DNA of 64,000 nt, from positions 1-64,000 of the forward strand of contig NMRA01000454.1 of the NCBI GenBank assembly GCA_002633005.1, read 5' to 3'. Origin of the DNA: Phoronis australis (lineage: Eukaryota; Animalia; Phoronida). Under the pieces are notes generated by a model. It did no database searches. It had not been told where the DNA came from and saw only the letters and a program-made list of their open reading frames with translations. Within the stretch, counting starts at the first letter, position 1. Each line of letters starts with the position of its first letter. This document shows positions 38,420-52,126 of the stretch, in pieces. The position numbers and the translations under genes were made by a program.

Positions 38420-39060
38420 TTACCACATTCAGCAGGCATGATTGAAACCACAATGACCAGTGCATTAACCATTATTTTTGCAAATTCATCTTGAGGTTCA
38501 TAGGAAAGGTGTGAGAGTTTTTTACACGCGGGGTTATGACAGAGGTGAGAAACGGTATGGCATTGGGACAGCCGCTGTGGCGTGTCATGCAAGTAATAAT
38601 ACAACATAACGTAGAATTGTCGTGAGGGCTTGACAGGGACCTCAGGGGTCTCACACTCCACTGATTTATCCACATTATTTTGAAAACGCTTTGCCCAATC
38701 ACACATTGTGTGTCATAAAAGAGATAAGCATACCTGCAGCTGATGCAGCAAGTAGAACTACTCTCGTTTGTCACATTGGTGTGGACTCACAGTTGAACTG
38801 TGGTTTTCTGTTGACCCCAGACCGTCCGGAGTTGCACCATATGCCAACTCCGGACGGTCTCTCAGGACAATTTAGCGTTATGAAGCTATAAGCCTGTACG
38901 CTAACATATTTCCCCGAAATTTAAAACAGTGAACACCCGATCCCTTCCTATTTACAGCACATGTCCACAGCCAATGTGGTCTTGGACCAGCTGCACAGGA
39001 GCCCAGCAGCTTGGAATGGATGTGGTGGTTGCGATTAAGACACTCATTAATGCATTTCAA
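38420..39060 (-). pseudogene. Decayed His-Me finger (His-Cys box/HNH) endonuclease sequence, possibly two tandem domains
   Basis: VSHLCHNPACKKLSHLSYEP followed after a frameshift by CKNNG*CTGH...C. Upstream WLWTCAVNRKGSG...LAYRL resembles the HNH N-terminal WxWxGxxxxxGYG...AHR pattern. Confidence 0.7.
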
Positions 39061-39389
39061 ACGACACGTTGATGTTCAGCAGCGACAGTGTGTTGCAAGG
39101 CAATTAAATACAACTGCAAAATATGCATTTACAGGTACAACAACCCTCTCTCTGCCATGGCCAGTGCATTCTTTCAAGCACCCTTAAATTTCCAAGATTG
39201 CCATGATCTAAAATAAACCCTCTCTTGAGAGTCTCTCCCTGTGGGACAGTGTAGGCTGAGCAACCAGTTGGCCTTAGTCAACACACTTCTTCGCTTTTTA
39301 CAAAAAAAAATAATAAGAGTCAATAAAAAAACATTGTCCTGACTTTGATTAGTGACAGAGAGAAGAATTAGTTTCCAGAGAAGCCTTAC

Positions 39390-39780
39390 ATGTACTGCAG
39401 GTATGTTGATGATATTTTTATGATTGTTAATCATGATAAGCTGATGGAGATCAAACTTGCTTTTGAGCAGAATTCTGTATTAAAATTCACGCATGAATTA
39501 TCAGCAAGCAACAAGCTTCCATTGATTTTGATGAATCTGGCATTAAAACCTCAGTATATAGGAAACCAGCATATGAAGGGGTTTGCTTACAAGAAACCAG
39601 CCAATGTCCACCGAGATATAAGCTCTCTGTTTTGACCAGCTTTTTGAAAAGAGCATATTCTCCTTGCTCAGATTGGGAAACCTTTAACGCTTACTGTAAT
39701 CGCATCAATGAAATTGTGATCAATAACGGTTACAGTTATAAGTTTGTTGACGAGAATATGAAGCTTTTCAACAGCCGCTT
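39390..39780 (+). mobile_element. Penelope-like RT C-terminal/thumb fragment
   Basis: YCRYVDDIF...LKFTHE...KLP, then frameshifted TSVYRKP...CPPRYK...KRAY..CS...NNGY. Confidence 0.85.
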
Positions 39781-41379
39781 ACAGAAGCTGTGTCAGTGAT
39801 GTAGCAAATGTCGACGCCAGTTTCGGCTGTGTCGTCTCTACGTTGTGAAGTCCTTTTCTTAACGTAACGTTGGTGTTAGCCTGGTGCAATCCCTAACGAC
39901 AGAAGATCCCAGGAAATGTCACTTACACCACGTGACTTAGTGGTCACATGTCACGACGCAAAAGGTGTCCACTCATCCAAGGCTTTACCACAAAAGGTGA
40001 CGCTTTGCACCAGTCACGTGGTTTGTCGCTTTAGCGCCGCGTGAATAACCTGCCCGCAACAACAAACTTGTTTTTAACGATTCAAGCTGTTTGGTGCGGC
40101 GGGTGCCGAGGGTAGGGGGTGATTTTGCAAAGGACTCGGAGATGTACTGTTTACTGATCAGAAAAGTCGGAAATGAATTTCATTTCATTTGACTTAACTA
40201 AAGTTAAAATGTGTGGTTCATTGTGTCCACTTGACGAATTTTCCAAAGGACCTGTATAAGCAGGCCCGTAGGATGGAAAAAAATATTGGGGGGGGGGGGG
40301 GGNNNNNNNNNNNNNNNNNNNNNNNNNNNNNNNNNNNNNNNNNNNNNNNNNNNNNNNNNNNNNNNNNNNNNNNNNNNNNNNNNNNNNNNNNNNNNNNNNN
40401 NNNNNNNNNNNNNNNNNNNNNNNNNNNNNNNNNNNNNNGGGGCACAAACCAATTTGACTTCGCCAACCTACCCCCTTGCTATCGTCTCCCCGCCGTTTTC
40501 TGGATTCACAATATTTGTACCGAAACCCCCCCCCCCCAAATTCGGCCATACTGAAGTGGGGGTAATACTTGAGATGCAGCCATCAGGGTTTGAGTAACCG
40601 TGAACCAACAAAGATTAACGAAGAGTGAGAATTGGTCGAGGCCCCGAGCGCCCTGACGGTAGCTTGGAGCTGATGAAGTAACTATGGCAGGATCGGAGCT
40701 CAAGGATCTTTTTGATATCATCTTTGAAGTAATGTTTGGAAAAGTGAAGCCGCGAGGGGCCTTGTATGAGTGCCTTTGTGGCCGTTTCAGAATCCTTTGA
40801 TGAAACACAGCCGGTAACCCAGTTGCTGGTTGCAGGGGAAAATGATACGGACTGTGTCCCAAAATGTAGTACACACTTCAACGTCTGCAGTTCAAATTCA
40901 GTTCCCGTGGGTAATTGAGATTTTAAGCAAGCCTACTGCATGGTTACACCTTATTTTCAACATGGATGTGCCTATCATGTCGTGCTCCGTGCATGCGCGC
41001 ACACGGGGGAGGGGACTCGATAGCAAAGTGGGCAAATAGGTCAGCCTTGAGAAACACGAGACAAAAGTCCACTAAAAAGGCAGGATTCGGCGTATGTTCA
41101 ATTCATACCCCTGAGCGAACCCCGTATTCGTTTTTTTCTTTAGTAAAAGGTCCACATCCTCAAAAATTCGAGCCCCCTATATTTTAGGCTGGGTGCGCAC
41201 AGGCTGTGTTTGTAGTATGCACGGGAAATGCAAACAAACGATACAGTTTTGAAGAACAAAAATTCATTGCGCAATACTACTGGAAACCAAAAACATCAAG
41301 GAAGTTCGAAGACACCCTTTCCAAGTTGATGACCAATAAGTTTGATTTTATCTACGGCTTATAAACTTATAAACCCACA

Positions 41380-41990
41380 ATAAACAATTTATTGTCATTT
41401 GAATTGTGAGAACATTTTAGGACACATTATTGAGCTGTCCGTAATTCTTCAATTTCTTTGAAACAGAAAGACAAAAATTGTTTAGTGTACTTTTATATTT
41501 GGGGAACTCATTATATATCGAATTTTCCTAATGTCGGCCTGCAATTTAGTTAATTGAAGTATTGTCATTTTGTACAAGATTAGCTTCTAATTGTCAAAAA
41601 ATCATCTCTCAATCAGTCCACTACCCATAAACATGTAAATCCGAAAGAAACCAACAATCAAATCGATGAGCAATGCGTTTACCTTGATTTAACGACTTAA
41701 TTCCTTTTTGATCCCCTGTTAGTGACTTCAAACAACAAATCTTGTACCGAAGTCAAAAAGCAATACATTTATTGTCATTTGAATTGTGAGTAATTTTTGG
41801 GAAGTGTCCAAATTTCATCAATGTTTTTGAGAGTTATTTTAGATAGGCAAAGGCAACAAACGTCCAAGTCTACTTTACTGTTTAGGATCGAATTATAGTT
41901 TTTCCATTTTCAGGCTTCAACTAAATTCCCTGAATCGTAATCATTTCTTAAAAGATTAGCTTCTAATTGCCAAAAATCACCTATTGACCT
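41380..41990. repeat. Diverged ~380-bp tandem duplication
   Basis: atttattgtcatttgaattgtgag at ~41387 and ~41767; aagattagcttctaattg at ~41576 and ~41952. Confidence 0.7.
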
Positions 41991-44519
41991 GTCGGTTTTT
42001 TGGAGGGACAAAGGGAAATTTCATCCGAACTGCTCCACCGAGAGAAGGTGCCGTCTGATATGGGACACCTTAATTAGGAAAAGCAAAACATAATTAAGCT
42101 TGGAAAAGAGTGACAGTTCATTCCATCGTCGTGTGGTCAGACGACGGTGCAGGAAGTGACCTTCTTCAACATGAAAGTTGGTTGCACCATTTCATAAAAA
42201 CAGGAAACTACACGTACGAGTCCAACATTTGGTCCTGTCTCCGTGAGCTTACCCTTAAGAATATGTCAATAGAAACATAAAAACTGTGGCCACTTGAAAG
42301 TGATTAATGGACTCCTTCAGATGTGGGGCCCCTTTATGTGAAAATATCTATATTTCCAAAAATCAAGAAATATGTAGAAATTGATGATATATGTCAGGTC
42401 ATCAATTTTTCTCAAGTGATATACAAGTGATTCGAGAAAAAAGCGACTGTTGTTCCGTTATCCCTTGCTAGAGAGGGGCCTCTGGAAAAATATGGTTTTG
42501 CAGTCGCAAAATTAACTAACTGAATTGAAAAATCCTGGAAAATAATACGCTTCGCCAAAGCTTCGCAAATTTTGTCGATTTTTCTAAATATATGCATGAT
42601 CAATACGTGCACGTTTCCAAGTGTATTTAGACGACCTTTGCTACGAAAGCGGAGACATCAACAACAATGTCATGGCCAGGGTCCTCAAATGTAAACCATT
42701 CACAGAGTTGTTGAATGTTCTCTTGAGTTTTCTCTTTTATCCACATTTAGCAGTCTGACTTTCTTTTCTCGACTGTCCCCGCCCTATGCGTAAGTCGGGT
42801 ACGGAGTAGCCCTGAAGCCTGAAATTTTTTTGGGGGGTGGGTGTCCCCCGCCCCGCCCCCGCTTCCTACGGCCCTGATAAGGTGTGTATTTTCGAGGGTT
42901 CACTTATATTGCCGGACAATGTGCCCGCGCCGGGCGTGGCTGTACTTTTTCAACAAGTTTGCGAAATTACCCGCGCGAGGTACATTAGTGGGACCCTAAA
43001 TTTCCGAGTCCATTTCGTCCCTTCACGAAAAGGCCCACTGCATTGGCTTCAACCCCAAATAGTGCACTGCTGGCCGACTTCCTACAGAAAAATCTACCCC
43101 ACAAAAAGGTGTAAATTAGCAGAACTGACACCCGCAATAAGGATGCTGAACTCTCGGCAATTTTTCACAAATTAAAACTGTTAGAGTATGATCTCATATC
43201 CGAGTGAGTGCATGTGTAGGAGTAAGCCTAGTTCAGAGAATTAAGTGTTACGTAATACACCCCCAACATGAGTAATTGTAGTAAACATGTTTGTTCAGTA
43301 CATCCTGTTATGATTCATGTATGTCACGTACTATATAAGTGTATGATCGCATGGATTGTAACAGACTCAGTAGTATCAGTAGAAGAGTATGTAATAAAAC
43401 TATTATCCTCTTTCAGACTAGTATTATCCTTGGACCGCGTTCTCGCACTGCGTCGCGCATTCAATGTTCCTAACCGAACAGAATGCCTTTCACTGCTAGC
43501 ACATCAACAAAAACACTTACTACCGGGATTCTTATATGATCTCCTACAATCTAAGTCACACTAAACTGCTATAGGGACGGTGATACGTAGTCCTGAAAAG
43601 GACTGTTGGGTTGAGTCAAGATTTTACACAAAAAGCGCAACAAAACGGTCTATCAACGCCAAAGGCTGACGGCAGGTCTACTCTAGATGTCTAAGGGGCC
43701 CGCTATAAGCAAGTGACATGATTGCAGCGCTACCTGTTAGCGAAGCGGGGTTTTACACACAGCGCCCCGGCTTAGGGGACGTTAGGTGAGTAGCCTTAGG
43801 TAAGCCTTAGAATTGCTTTTACACTGATATAGTTCGAATCTGCCGTGATTTGTGAGAGTTTCTGATGTTAACAAGCCTCAGCAGCCTTCATCAGCGACAT
43901 TCTACAGACGTAAGTTAGGTACACTTTAGTATCAGTCCACCGATCCACCGACCACACTACACATACTGTATTGGGGACCAGAAGCTGAGGACGCCTGTGA
44001 GTACAGGCAACAAGCGGCGAGGTGAGGGGTCAGCCATTCGGAACCATGTTCAGTCTAATAAATCACATTAGGGATTTGAGAAATTGAGTGAAGTATGATA
44101 CCACAGAATGGTAAAAGTCTAGTTGCCGGGTTCCTATTCAGACCTAGCTATTCAATCCTTCATATCTCCTACAAAAATGATCACACATGGGTAATATATT
44201 CCTCAATGGATTCGTAGTTTACTCCTGTGCTAAAATTGTTTCGATATAAACTTTCAATTTCCGAAAATTTAACGGCAAACGTCGCATACGTTTTTTCATG
44301 GAAGCCATTGAAATTGAGGTGCTATGAAAAGGACGCCTAGGGTTGAAATGCGTAAACTAGTACTGTACAAGTACGAATTTGTGGTATATTTACAAACTGC
44401 CGAGAGAAATAACTTTGAAAACTCTTGGGAAAATGCACAAGGAATATAGCGAGACATTTCGGAGAACCTTAAAGATGAGGGGACGTGAAGGAGGTAACGT
44501 GTCCTCCTGTGAAGTAATC

Positions 44520-47500
44520 TGTCTGCTTCGGAGGCAGGTGTGCAGCAGGAGCTAGATTATCTACCGTAGTAGATTCACTTGCCCGAATCATCGTTACAAC
44601 CCTCGACATATATTGGCGTCGCTAAAGACACTAAGTACATCCACTGTGAAGACCGGAAATCCGACAGGGGTCTGAAAAATAACCACAGGCGTTAAGTCAA
44701 GGTTCAACGTCCTCAAGGCTTCATGCGAGATCAGGTAGGCATCACCAAATTCCAGGATCAGACACTGAGGAACATTTTTAGGAGCACGCCATTCATGCAA
44801 AAATACTTTTATTGACACACCATGATTGCTTATAACTTGGGCCCTATTGCTTAATTCCATCTTATTTCAAATGTCTTGAAGTATATGCAGTGTATAATGT
44901 ATACGCTGACATAGAAAATAGGTAGTTATAATAACTTTTCATAATAACCACCAAATGTTTTTAAATATTTTACATGACTTCTGCCCATAACCTACTTTTA
45001 GAGACTAGAGAGTATGCTATGTCCGCCATTGAATTTCTGTGATTGAATATGATGTTAATTAAACAAGCCAAATCTGTCAAAAATATTGTACATTTCTCAA
45101 AAAATTACACTGATATTAAGTTGTGATTTTTGCAACCAATCAAGCTTACAAAGATGGTTAGGCTAAAAAATGAAACAGACATCAAAAAAGTAGAACTGAT
45201 ATATGCCTAATGTGCTGTTCACAGTTTTGCTCAATCACTCATCACTGAGGGAGAAGGCGCACATCAAAATGCACCTTGTCAAAATTGGGATAAAAAGGAC
45301 AGGAATTTTAACATGACCCATACGTCCTCCAAATTATCCTGTTGACTTGAGGCCCTGAACTTGAAGGGACAATTGATTTGTTCACCACGTAAAGGATTCT
45401 GGTGTTGTTTCATGCATGCTGAATTTGCAGTAGAGTTCAAAATTCCAATTTACCTCTTATGATTGCCAAAAAGCAGTGTATTTCTGAATATTAGGGTAAA
45501 CTAACAAACATAATAAGTGACTCTTGTGAGGGTTCCACAATATTTATCGAGGATCTTGAACCTATGGTTTCCATGTCATACTTGTGCCTGAAAGATAGTG
45601 TATGCTATGTATGCAATAGATCACAACAACACAATTACACAAGTCAGATGTTTGTTTGGAAATATGTTTTGTTGAAATGGTAACTTTTTGTGCTCATGGT
45701 GAAGGTGGGCTCATGTGAAGTGCAGAATGGTATTGCTCAACTTTTGGAGTCATATCAGCTGCCTTCTGCTGTTCTGTTTTATAAACAACCAAGATGGTAG
45801 TGGACTAGGGTGGGGAGATCTTGTACGGTTGCATTGGGGATTTTAGATGGTTTTGCTAGAAATTACATAGCAAATACATATTATACAGTTGCTGCTACCC
45901 AAGCACATTAGAGTAACCACGTTAATTAAGGCACTGTTGTTTTTATTTGGTTGATCCCTATAGCCTATGACTGTGAACATGCAACAAAAGATATTTCCAA
46001 TACAGCTGACTGAATATAACTACGAATTTTCAGGAATATGCAGAAGCTGCCAGACAAAATAGGTTGACTTAATGAAATTTCAGAGTGGGTCAAAGAAAGC
46101 GTGTTAGGTTTGGAGCCCATAGATACTACAGTAACAGTAAGTACTTGTAAAAATCTGTAACAAATTTCATAATTGCCTAAAGTTGGTCAATTGTTTTATG
46201 TTTCAATGTTATGAAGAGAAATGTAATGCAAAACTCATGCATTTCACAATGAACGCTGACACATAGGTAGCGCAGATAATTTAAATCAGTCTCAATATTT
46301 TCTACTTGTAATGTGCCATACTTCTGTTTTATACCTTTGTCCTACTGTCAGGTACGTAGAAATTCATTTGGTAAATTTTTTATAATCAAATCTTAATGAC
46401 TTATTTGTGATGCCTTCACGTTAATTTGGTATTCATGTTTTTTTGAGCCGAAATGGCCACATTAAATGTAATTTTTTCATTATTACAATTTTAGGAATCA
46501 GGAAAGCCTTATAATGAAGAAGTGGCTTCTGCTGAAGTTGGAAACTTGTCAATTATTAGTAAAGGTTGGGTATGGAAAAGTTCACAACCAGCAAGAAGGT
46601 ACCTTTCTGGACAACTAAGTGAGGGGCTAGAGAGAGGCCGAAAAGTCTACTCCCAAAAGATATGAGGAACGAGTCTGTAAAAAAGTATTTGCCAAAGATT
46701 ACTGGCTTATTTACCACAACAGGTCCTAAGTAATTTGTTGAGATAGGCGACTCTCAGCAACTGTGGGGAAACTGGGACCGTTGGATGTAGGAGATAGAAC
46801 AGAGGAGGCATTGGAAAGAGACAATCTGTGCTTTAAGATTGTCAAGGATGTAGCATTGTAAAAATTCAAAGGGAGGAAACAGTACAGTGGCTGGACTTGT
46901 AAATATTCTGGCGCATCTGCTAAATCTAGTGCTGGTATTATTATGTCAGCACAGCTGTGTAGGGAAGTAGGCTGTATTGTTGCAAGCTTTGTTTGCACCA
47001 GAACTGCTGTGTGAAGAGGACAAATCTAAATTTACCCGTAGGTACTGAATTTTCGTCCACCGATCATGATCCTGGGCCAGTGGATTATGTGGGTAGAGCC
47101 ACATGGTAGTGGGTACATTATTCTTTTTGTTTAGCGTCTGGATATTTTTGGTCTGATAGGATTTCTCAATGTGGCCAACACATTTAGACGTTTGTTTTGT
47201 GATTTCTGACCACTGTGCTGTTTATTCCTTGAAATTGTGAAGTTGATCTGAATTTATGTTTCAGCATTTTATTTACCAATACATTTTTGTTTGTAAATGA
47301 GTATTTATTACTGACATTTGAGCCCCTGTTGCAGTTAGTCTGGTTTTGTTCACTTATCTTTTAGTCTGGGTTGTGAACCCACATTCCGTTCAAGAGGTAA
47401 AGCTTTGATTTAGACCATTTACCTCTATAAACTTTTCTCAATTTGTTCCTTATCCAGATGGGAAGTGATTTCTGGAATTACAGCGAATTGACAGTTTGGT

Positions 47501-48770
47501 ATTCCTAGAGACGGTGCTGTGTGCATAAAATCACGCCCTGTTAGAGAAGCCATCTTATAGAGCCTAGTCTCTAGCAAATGCATATTGCTAGTTCTTTTGG
47601 AATTCCGAAATTGCTCAAAAGTGACCAGGAAACAATTCCTATTTCATCATGGTAAGTTGTCTAAGTCAAAAGTTATTTTATGTGATAGTAGGCGGGTTTA
47701 TGTCCTCTTCAAATGATTTTTTGTTGCAGTACTGAAAAGTGTTGGCACGTTAGCTCTTGTGTCTTGTTGGTTTTTGGTGAATTGACCATTTTGTGGTTCC
47801 CATGAGTAATTTTGTAATTGGTCTAGTATATATGTACAACTGTAATCGCACGGCAATGCCATGTTGCAAAAGTATTTTTTCGTGATCATATCATTGTGAA
47901 ATGTTGCCTAATTGGAACCGACAAGGCAATTTTTCATTTTGTGGTGTTTATTTTTGCTAAGAACATTGATGTGGTACCTACAGCCACCTCAAGTTTGTGA
48001 AGAAGAAGAAATTTACAGTGTTACCAGCGACATTGCGAAATCCCTTTTTCGCAATGAGACTACATCACCTTAAGTGTAATTCCCTGACTATGAGTTTTGT
48101 GTTGTTGACTCTGTCCTGTAGCAATGGGAGTTTTGAAAATATGTAGAAGGCATTTTTTATTAGAGTCATTACATTTGCACTTTTGACTGTACTGTGTTGT
48201 CTGTGAGGTAGACAACTTTCGAATGAGATAAGAAATACAATTGTCAAACATGGTTTTACTTTTTAGATGTGTGATTACTTTTGAAAAACCAGTGCAGAAT
48301 TTGATGTTTACTCTTCATTTAAAAGAGAATAAACCCATTAACTTCATTGTCTAGAAATTTTACTCATACTATGTATTACAGGGTTGGGGATTGATATCTT
48401 AATACAACGGAATCTGAACCTGTGCCATGAGCAATGCAAAACAATACATGGATATAAAAGATTGGTGTTTGGGTTCCACAGAATGGATTCGTGTGCTCGG
48501 TAAGAGTTACTGAGGTGCACGATAAGTTTCTGTGGGATTCCCCTTCCGTGGTCATCCACGGGAAACCTGCTGGCATAGATTAGCATCGTCACTGTTCCCG
48601 TTGTTATAGTAAAGATAATGACGAGCATTTATCGGCAACGGTCTGATGTATGCCCAAGGTTCTATATCCATGCGACCTGCGTTGTTATATCCAACAATGA
48701 CACCACACAGGAAAACAATGATACGACCGATAGGCGATATACATGCCACCAGTTGCCATGGACAGTGGTG
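44520..48770 (+). mobile_element. Heavily decayed DNA-transposon coding relics (transposase-like motifs, Ulp1-like and PHD-like fragments)
   Basis: Broken motifs TCPNHRYN/IYWR (~44577), KGWVWKSS...YL...G...GRK...QQV (~46561), WVPQNGFVCSV (~48470), CSRC...DVCPRFYIHATCV...YTC (~48590-48750). Confidence 0.35.
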
Positions 48771-50918
48771 AAGTTTGTCTTGTGATTGGAATGTTTTTAG
48801 AGAACTGCAAACCCGGGTATTTCGTCAGCAAAATTTCTGCGGCCTTTTGTTTTAATTCGTATGAAAAATTGTGGTCATGCCACTAAACTTATGATTTGAT
48901 ATTACAATGCAATGCATGAACATTTGATCAACAGAAAATCTGACTTGAATAGGTGTGCAGAAATACCCATGAGCAAATTGCAAAGCATAACAACTGTACA
49001 TGTAAGTCAAATTAACCTACATTTGTCGAGCTCATATCTAACCTAATAACTGGGGAGGACATAATCGGCTTTTTTAAAAATGGAGCAATGTATGGTATCT
49101 AGGGTACTATAGTCCTAGGTGGTAAGAATTAAAACATTCAAAACATTCAGGAGGAACAAACTCATTGCAAAATATCGAAAAACATTAAGGACAATCTGAT
49201 TTTACGTGCTCACGCAACGGTCTCAGGTATTTAAAAATTTGTCATTTATTTTTTGTACATTTTTGAGGTGCCAAAATGTATAACTAATAAACAGGCTGAC
49301 AGTTTTTATTTTATACAATGAAAGTAAAATGTTGTCAACATTTTGGAAAAGTTTCATTCTCATAGCAGTGGGGGCAGATTTGGTATAGCAGTATATTGAA
49401 CATAACTTCAAAACGGCATAACGGGGGGCAGTGTAGTAAAACTAACAAATGATGGTGTGAAATCGGAATCTTTTTTTAAGACATCTTGGTGAACATTTAC
49501 ATCAGATGATACTTGGCCATGTAAATTATATTGCTGTTTTTTAATGAATTTTACTAAAAAGACATTACATTACTTTGTAAGGTGACTCCACGTGGCCGGC
49601 AAGTCGATCACTTAGTACTGAGTACTCTGGACTTCGAGTTGTTCAAAGCTTATCAGCAACGCATTCACTGACAGTCACAAAGCCCCGTTTACTATATGCA
49701 GCACTTTTGTACGGTATATCCAATGGTGTAAATATACATGTACAACATACGCAAATTTACGCTAGGGTGTAAATGATATTGACATCGCGTTCGTATGGAA
49801 TAAGAGAGAAGTAATATTTGCACTCAGCACTATACGTTTCGGAGGGAAGCCGAGACAAGCAACGTTTGCTATAGTAATTAAGAGTATGATATTCTACAAC
49901 AATGTCCTCGAATCTGCATGGGTGGCTCAGAGGCTCTGAGGCTCGGGTATCGATACCCACGAGATTGCTTTAGGAACAATCTTGCAAGTTAGAATTACCG
50001 ATGGACAATTCTAAGACGGAGGGTGGTTTGATAATTGTCAATTGACAGATATCCTTTAATAGGCTTTCTCATATTCCCGTATATTCCTGGAACTTATTAC
50101 AAACAAACACGGCAATCCACCTTCCAGGTTGGAGCCCTAATGAACGCGTGCTCACCTTTGGTAACCTGAAGGAGCTACGTACAAAAGCATGTTTTCCTGT
50201 TCTCAGTGCATACGGTTAGCACATTCACAGCTGATTACCTGATTGGTCATACACTTCAGAAAATTTCCACAAGGTCATCACTTGAATGCTAGATTTGGGC
50301 CGGATTTCTCAGTTGCCACGGTCCAGTACGTTATGGTATCGTCGGAAGACACATCTCAATGAAAGCATTCGAAATTTTGTTCGCGGGGTTTATTCTTACA
50401 ATATGGTTCCATTATTCCATTATTTTTGAAGTGTGATTACCGACACTGCTTCTATCGTTACCCCTTCCTGGTTATCTCTTCCTGCCGGTAGTGATGTAAA
50501 CACCACATGCTGTGACCGGGTCGCGCATTTCATGACTTGACAAATTCTGGAAGTTCAGCGTTGAATTTGAGCAACGAATTTTGCAAAATGAACCGAAAGC
50601 TGATTTTTCCGATGCGCGCACCCAGGAGGGGGGAGGATCGGGGAGCTCAAATGAGTCCCCCTATTTGGCGAAGTGGGCAGAAACGTCCGCCCCTTGAGAG
50701 ACAAAAAGTCCACTAAATTTGCGCAAACGCGCCCGTTTGTTTTTAGTCCGCCCGCTCTTTTGTTAGCAAAATGTCCGCAACGTCAGGAATTCGAGCCCCT
50801 CTATATTGAAGGCTGGTTGCGTGTATGTTTCCTGATGAACTTATAAGCTTGCTTGCGTATTGAACTTAATTCTTAGGGATAATGTCTATACAGAGAAACT
50901 GTGGGATAAAAGTGTCAC

Positions 50919-50919
<1 letters not shown>

Positions 50920-50974
<55 letters not shown>
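50920..50974. repeat. (CAG)n microsatellite ending at an N
   Basis: Directly visible. Confidence 0.97.
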
Positions 50975-51310
50975 NCGCTAGCAAATTATAGTAGCTTGAA
51001 CGTGATTATTTGAGTGGGTATGCCGAGTTCACGTAGGCCCATATACGATCTTGAGATTAACCGAAACTCCAAGTTCATATTCGACACTCGAATCTTCGAT
51101 TGACACTTCGTACGGCCTCCATTTATTTTTTGGTGCACCACAGAAAAGCAAAAAATTAAGCTAAAAAAATCTGTATTAAATTCAGTTCATTATGAAAAAA
51201 TTCGATGTCATGGCGAAGATTATTATTTGGGCTTAGGTTTCGAATAAAAGTGTTTGCGTAAAGATCCGTTTCATGAAGTTTTTAACAAAAATGAAGCGGA
51301 AATAGTGCCT

Positions 51311-52126
51311 TTAACACAGCCAAACAAAAACGCTGCACCTTGACAGTTTCGGCTACTCAAGCAGCCATCTTCGGAAGCTATTGGACAGTAGGTGGCGTGG
51401 TGATGACATTGTTCCAAATTTTAGATAATTGATACCCCCCATCGTCTCAGTCCATAACTGAGCCACTTTTCTTACCCAAATAGACTCTCTAATCCGTCTA
51501 GATCTCAAGTTATTTTATGACTCAACAGGACGAGCGTCTTTCCAGTTTATTACATGGTTAAAACCAAGAGCATGGTCCGTCACTGCAGATTTGTTGATAG
51601 TATTCTGAGACCATCTCCTCATTGAACGCGTTTCTCTACGCTGTGGCAGCGCATCCACCTCCTTTCTGTGTTCGTTAAGCCTGACTGAAAAACTCTCGCC
51701 CAGTCTGCCCGAAGCACAGTTGAGGCAAGGAATGCGATAAACTCACGGACATTTCTTATCCTCACGTACTCTGTCTTTGGGATGAACTAAAATGTTCCTG
51801 ATAGTCTTACACGGCTTCATGGCAGTAACTATGCCATATTGTCTGAACACACGTTGTGCATATTCCGAAAGACCTTTAACATACGGGATGACTACATTAC
51901 GTTTTCTGTCTTCTCCCGGTTGGCGATTCCTCCCAATAAAGTCCATATTCGATAGCGTCTGCTAGATCTAGACGGATTAGAGGATTAGAGAGTCTATTTG
52001 GGTGANATTGTCTAAAATTTGGAACAGTGTCATCACCACGCAACCTATTGTCCAATGGCTTCCAAAGATGGCTGCTGTGAGTAGCCGAAACTGCCAAGGT
52101 ACAGCGTTTTTGCTTGGTTGTGTTAA
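51311..52126 (-). mobile_element. 5'-truncated Penelope-like element (GIY-YIG endonuclease region) with inverted pseudo-LTR
   Basis: VVIPYVKGLSE...ILVHPKD...VYRIPCLNC...RLNEHRK...SAVTDHA..NHVINW...RIRESIW. 51311-51505 is repeated inverted at 51964-52126. Confidence 0.92.
51339..51377 (-). ncRNA. Minimal type I hammerhead ribozyme motif in the Penelope pseudo-LTR
   Basis: Minus strand reads CTT-CCGAAGA-TGGCTGC-TTGA-GTAGCC-GAAAC-T-GTC-AAG: core boxes (U4C variant), stem II hairpin, GUC cleavage triplet, short stem I. Confidence 0.7.

Noticed and set aside
39810-39850. Hammerhead on the minus strand next to the second Penelope fragment (GAAAC...GTC)
   Set aside because: No CUGANGA box and no convincing stem II.
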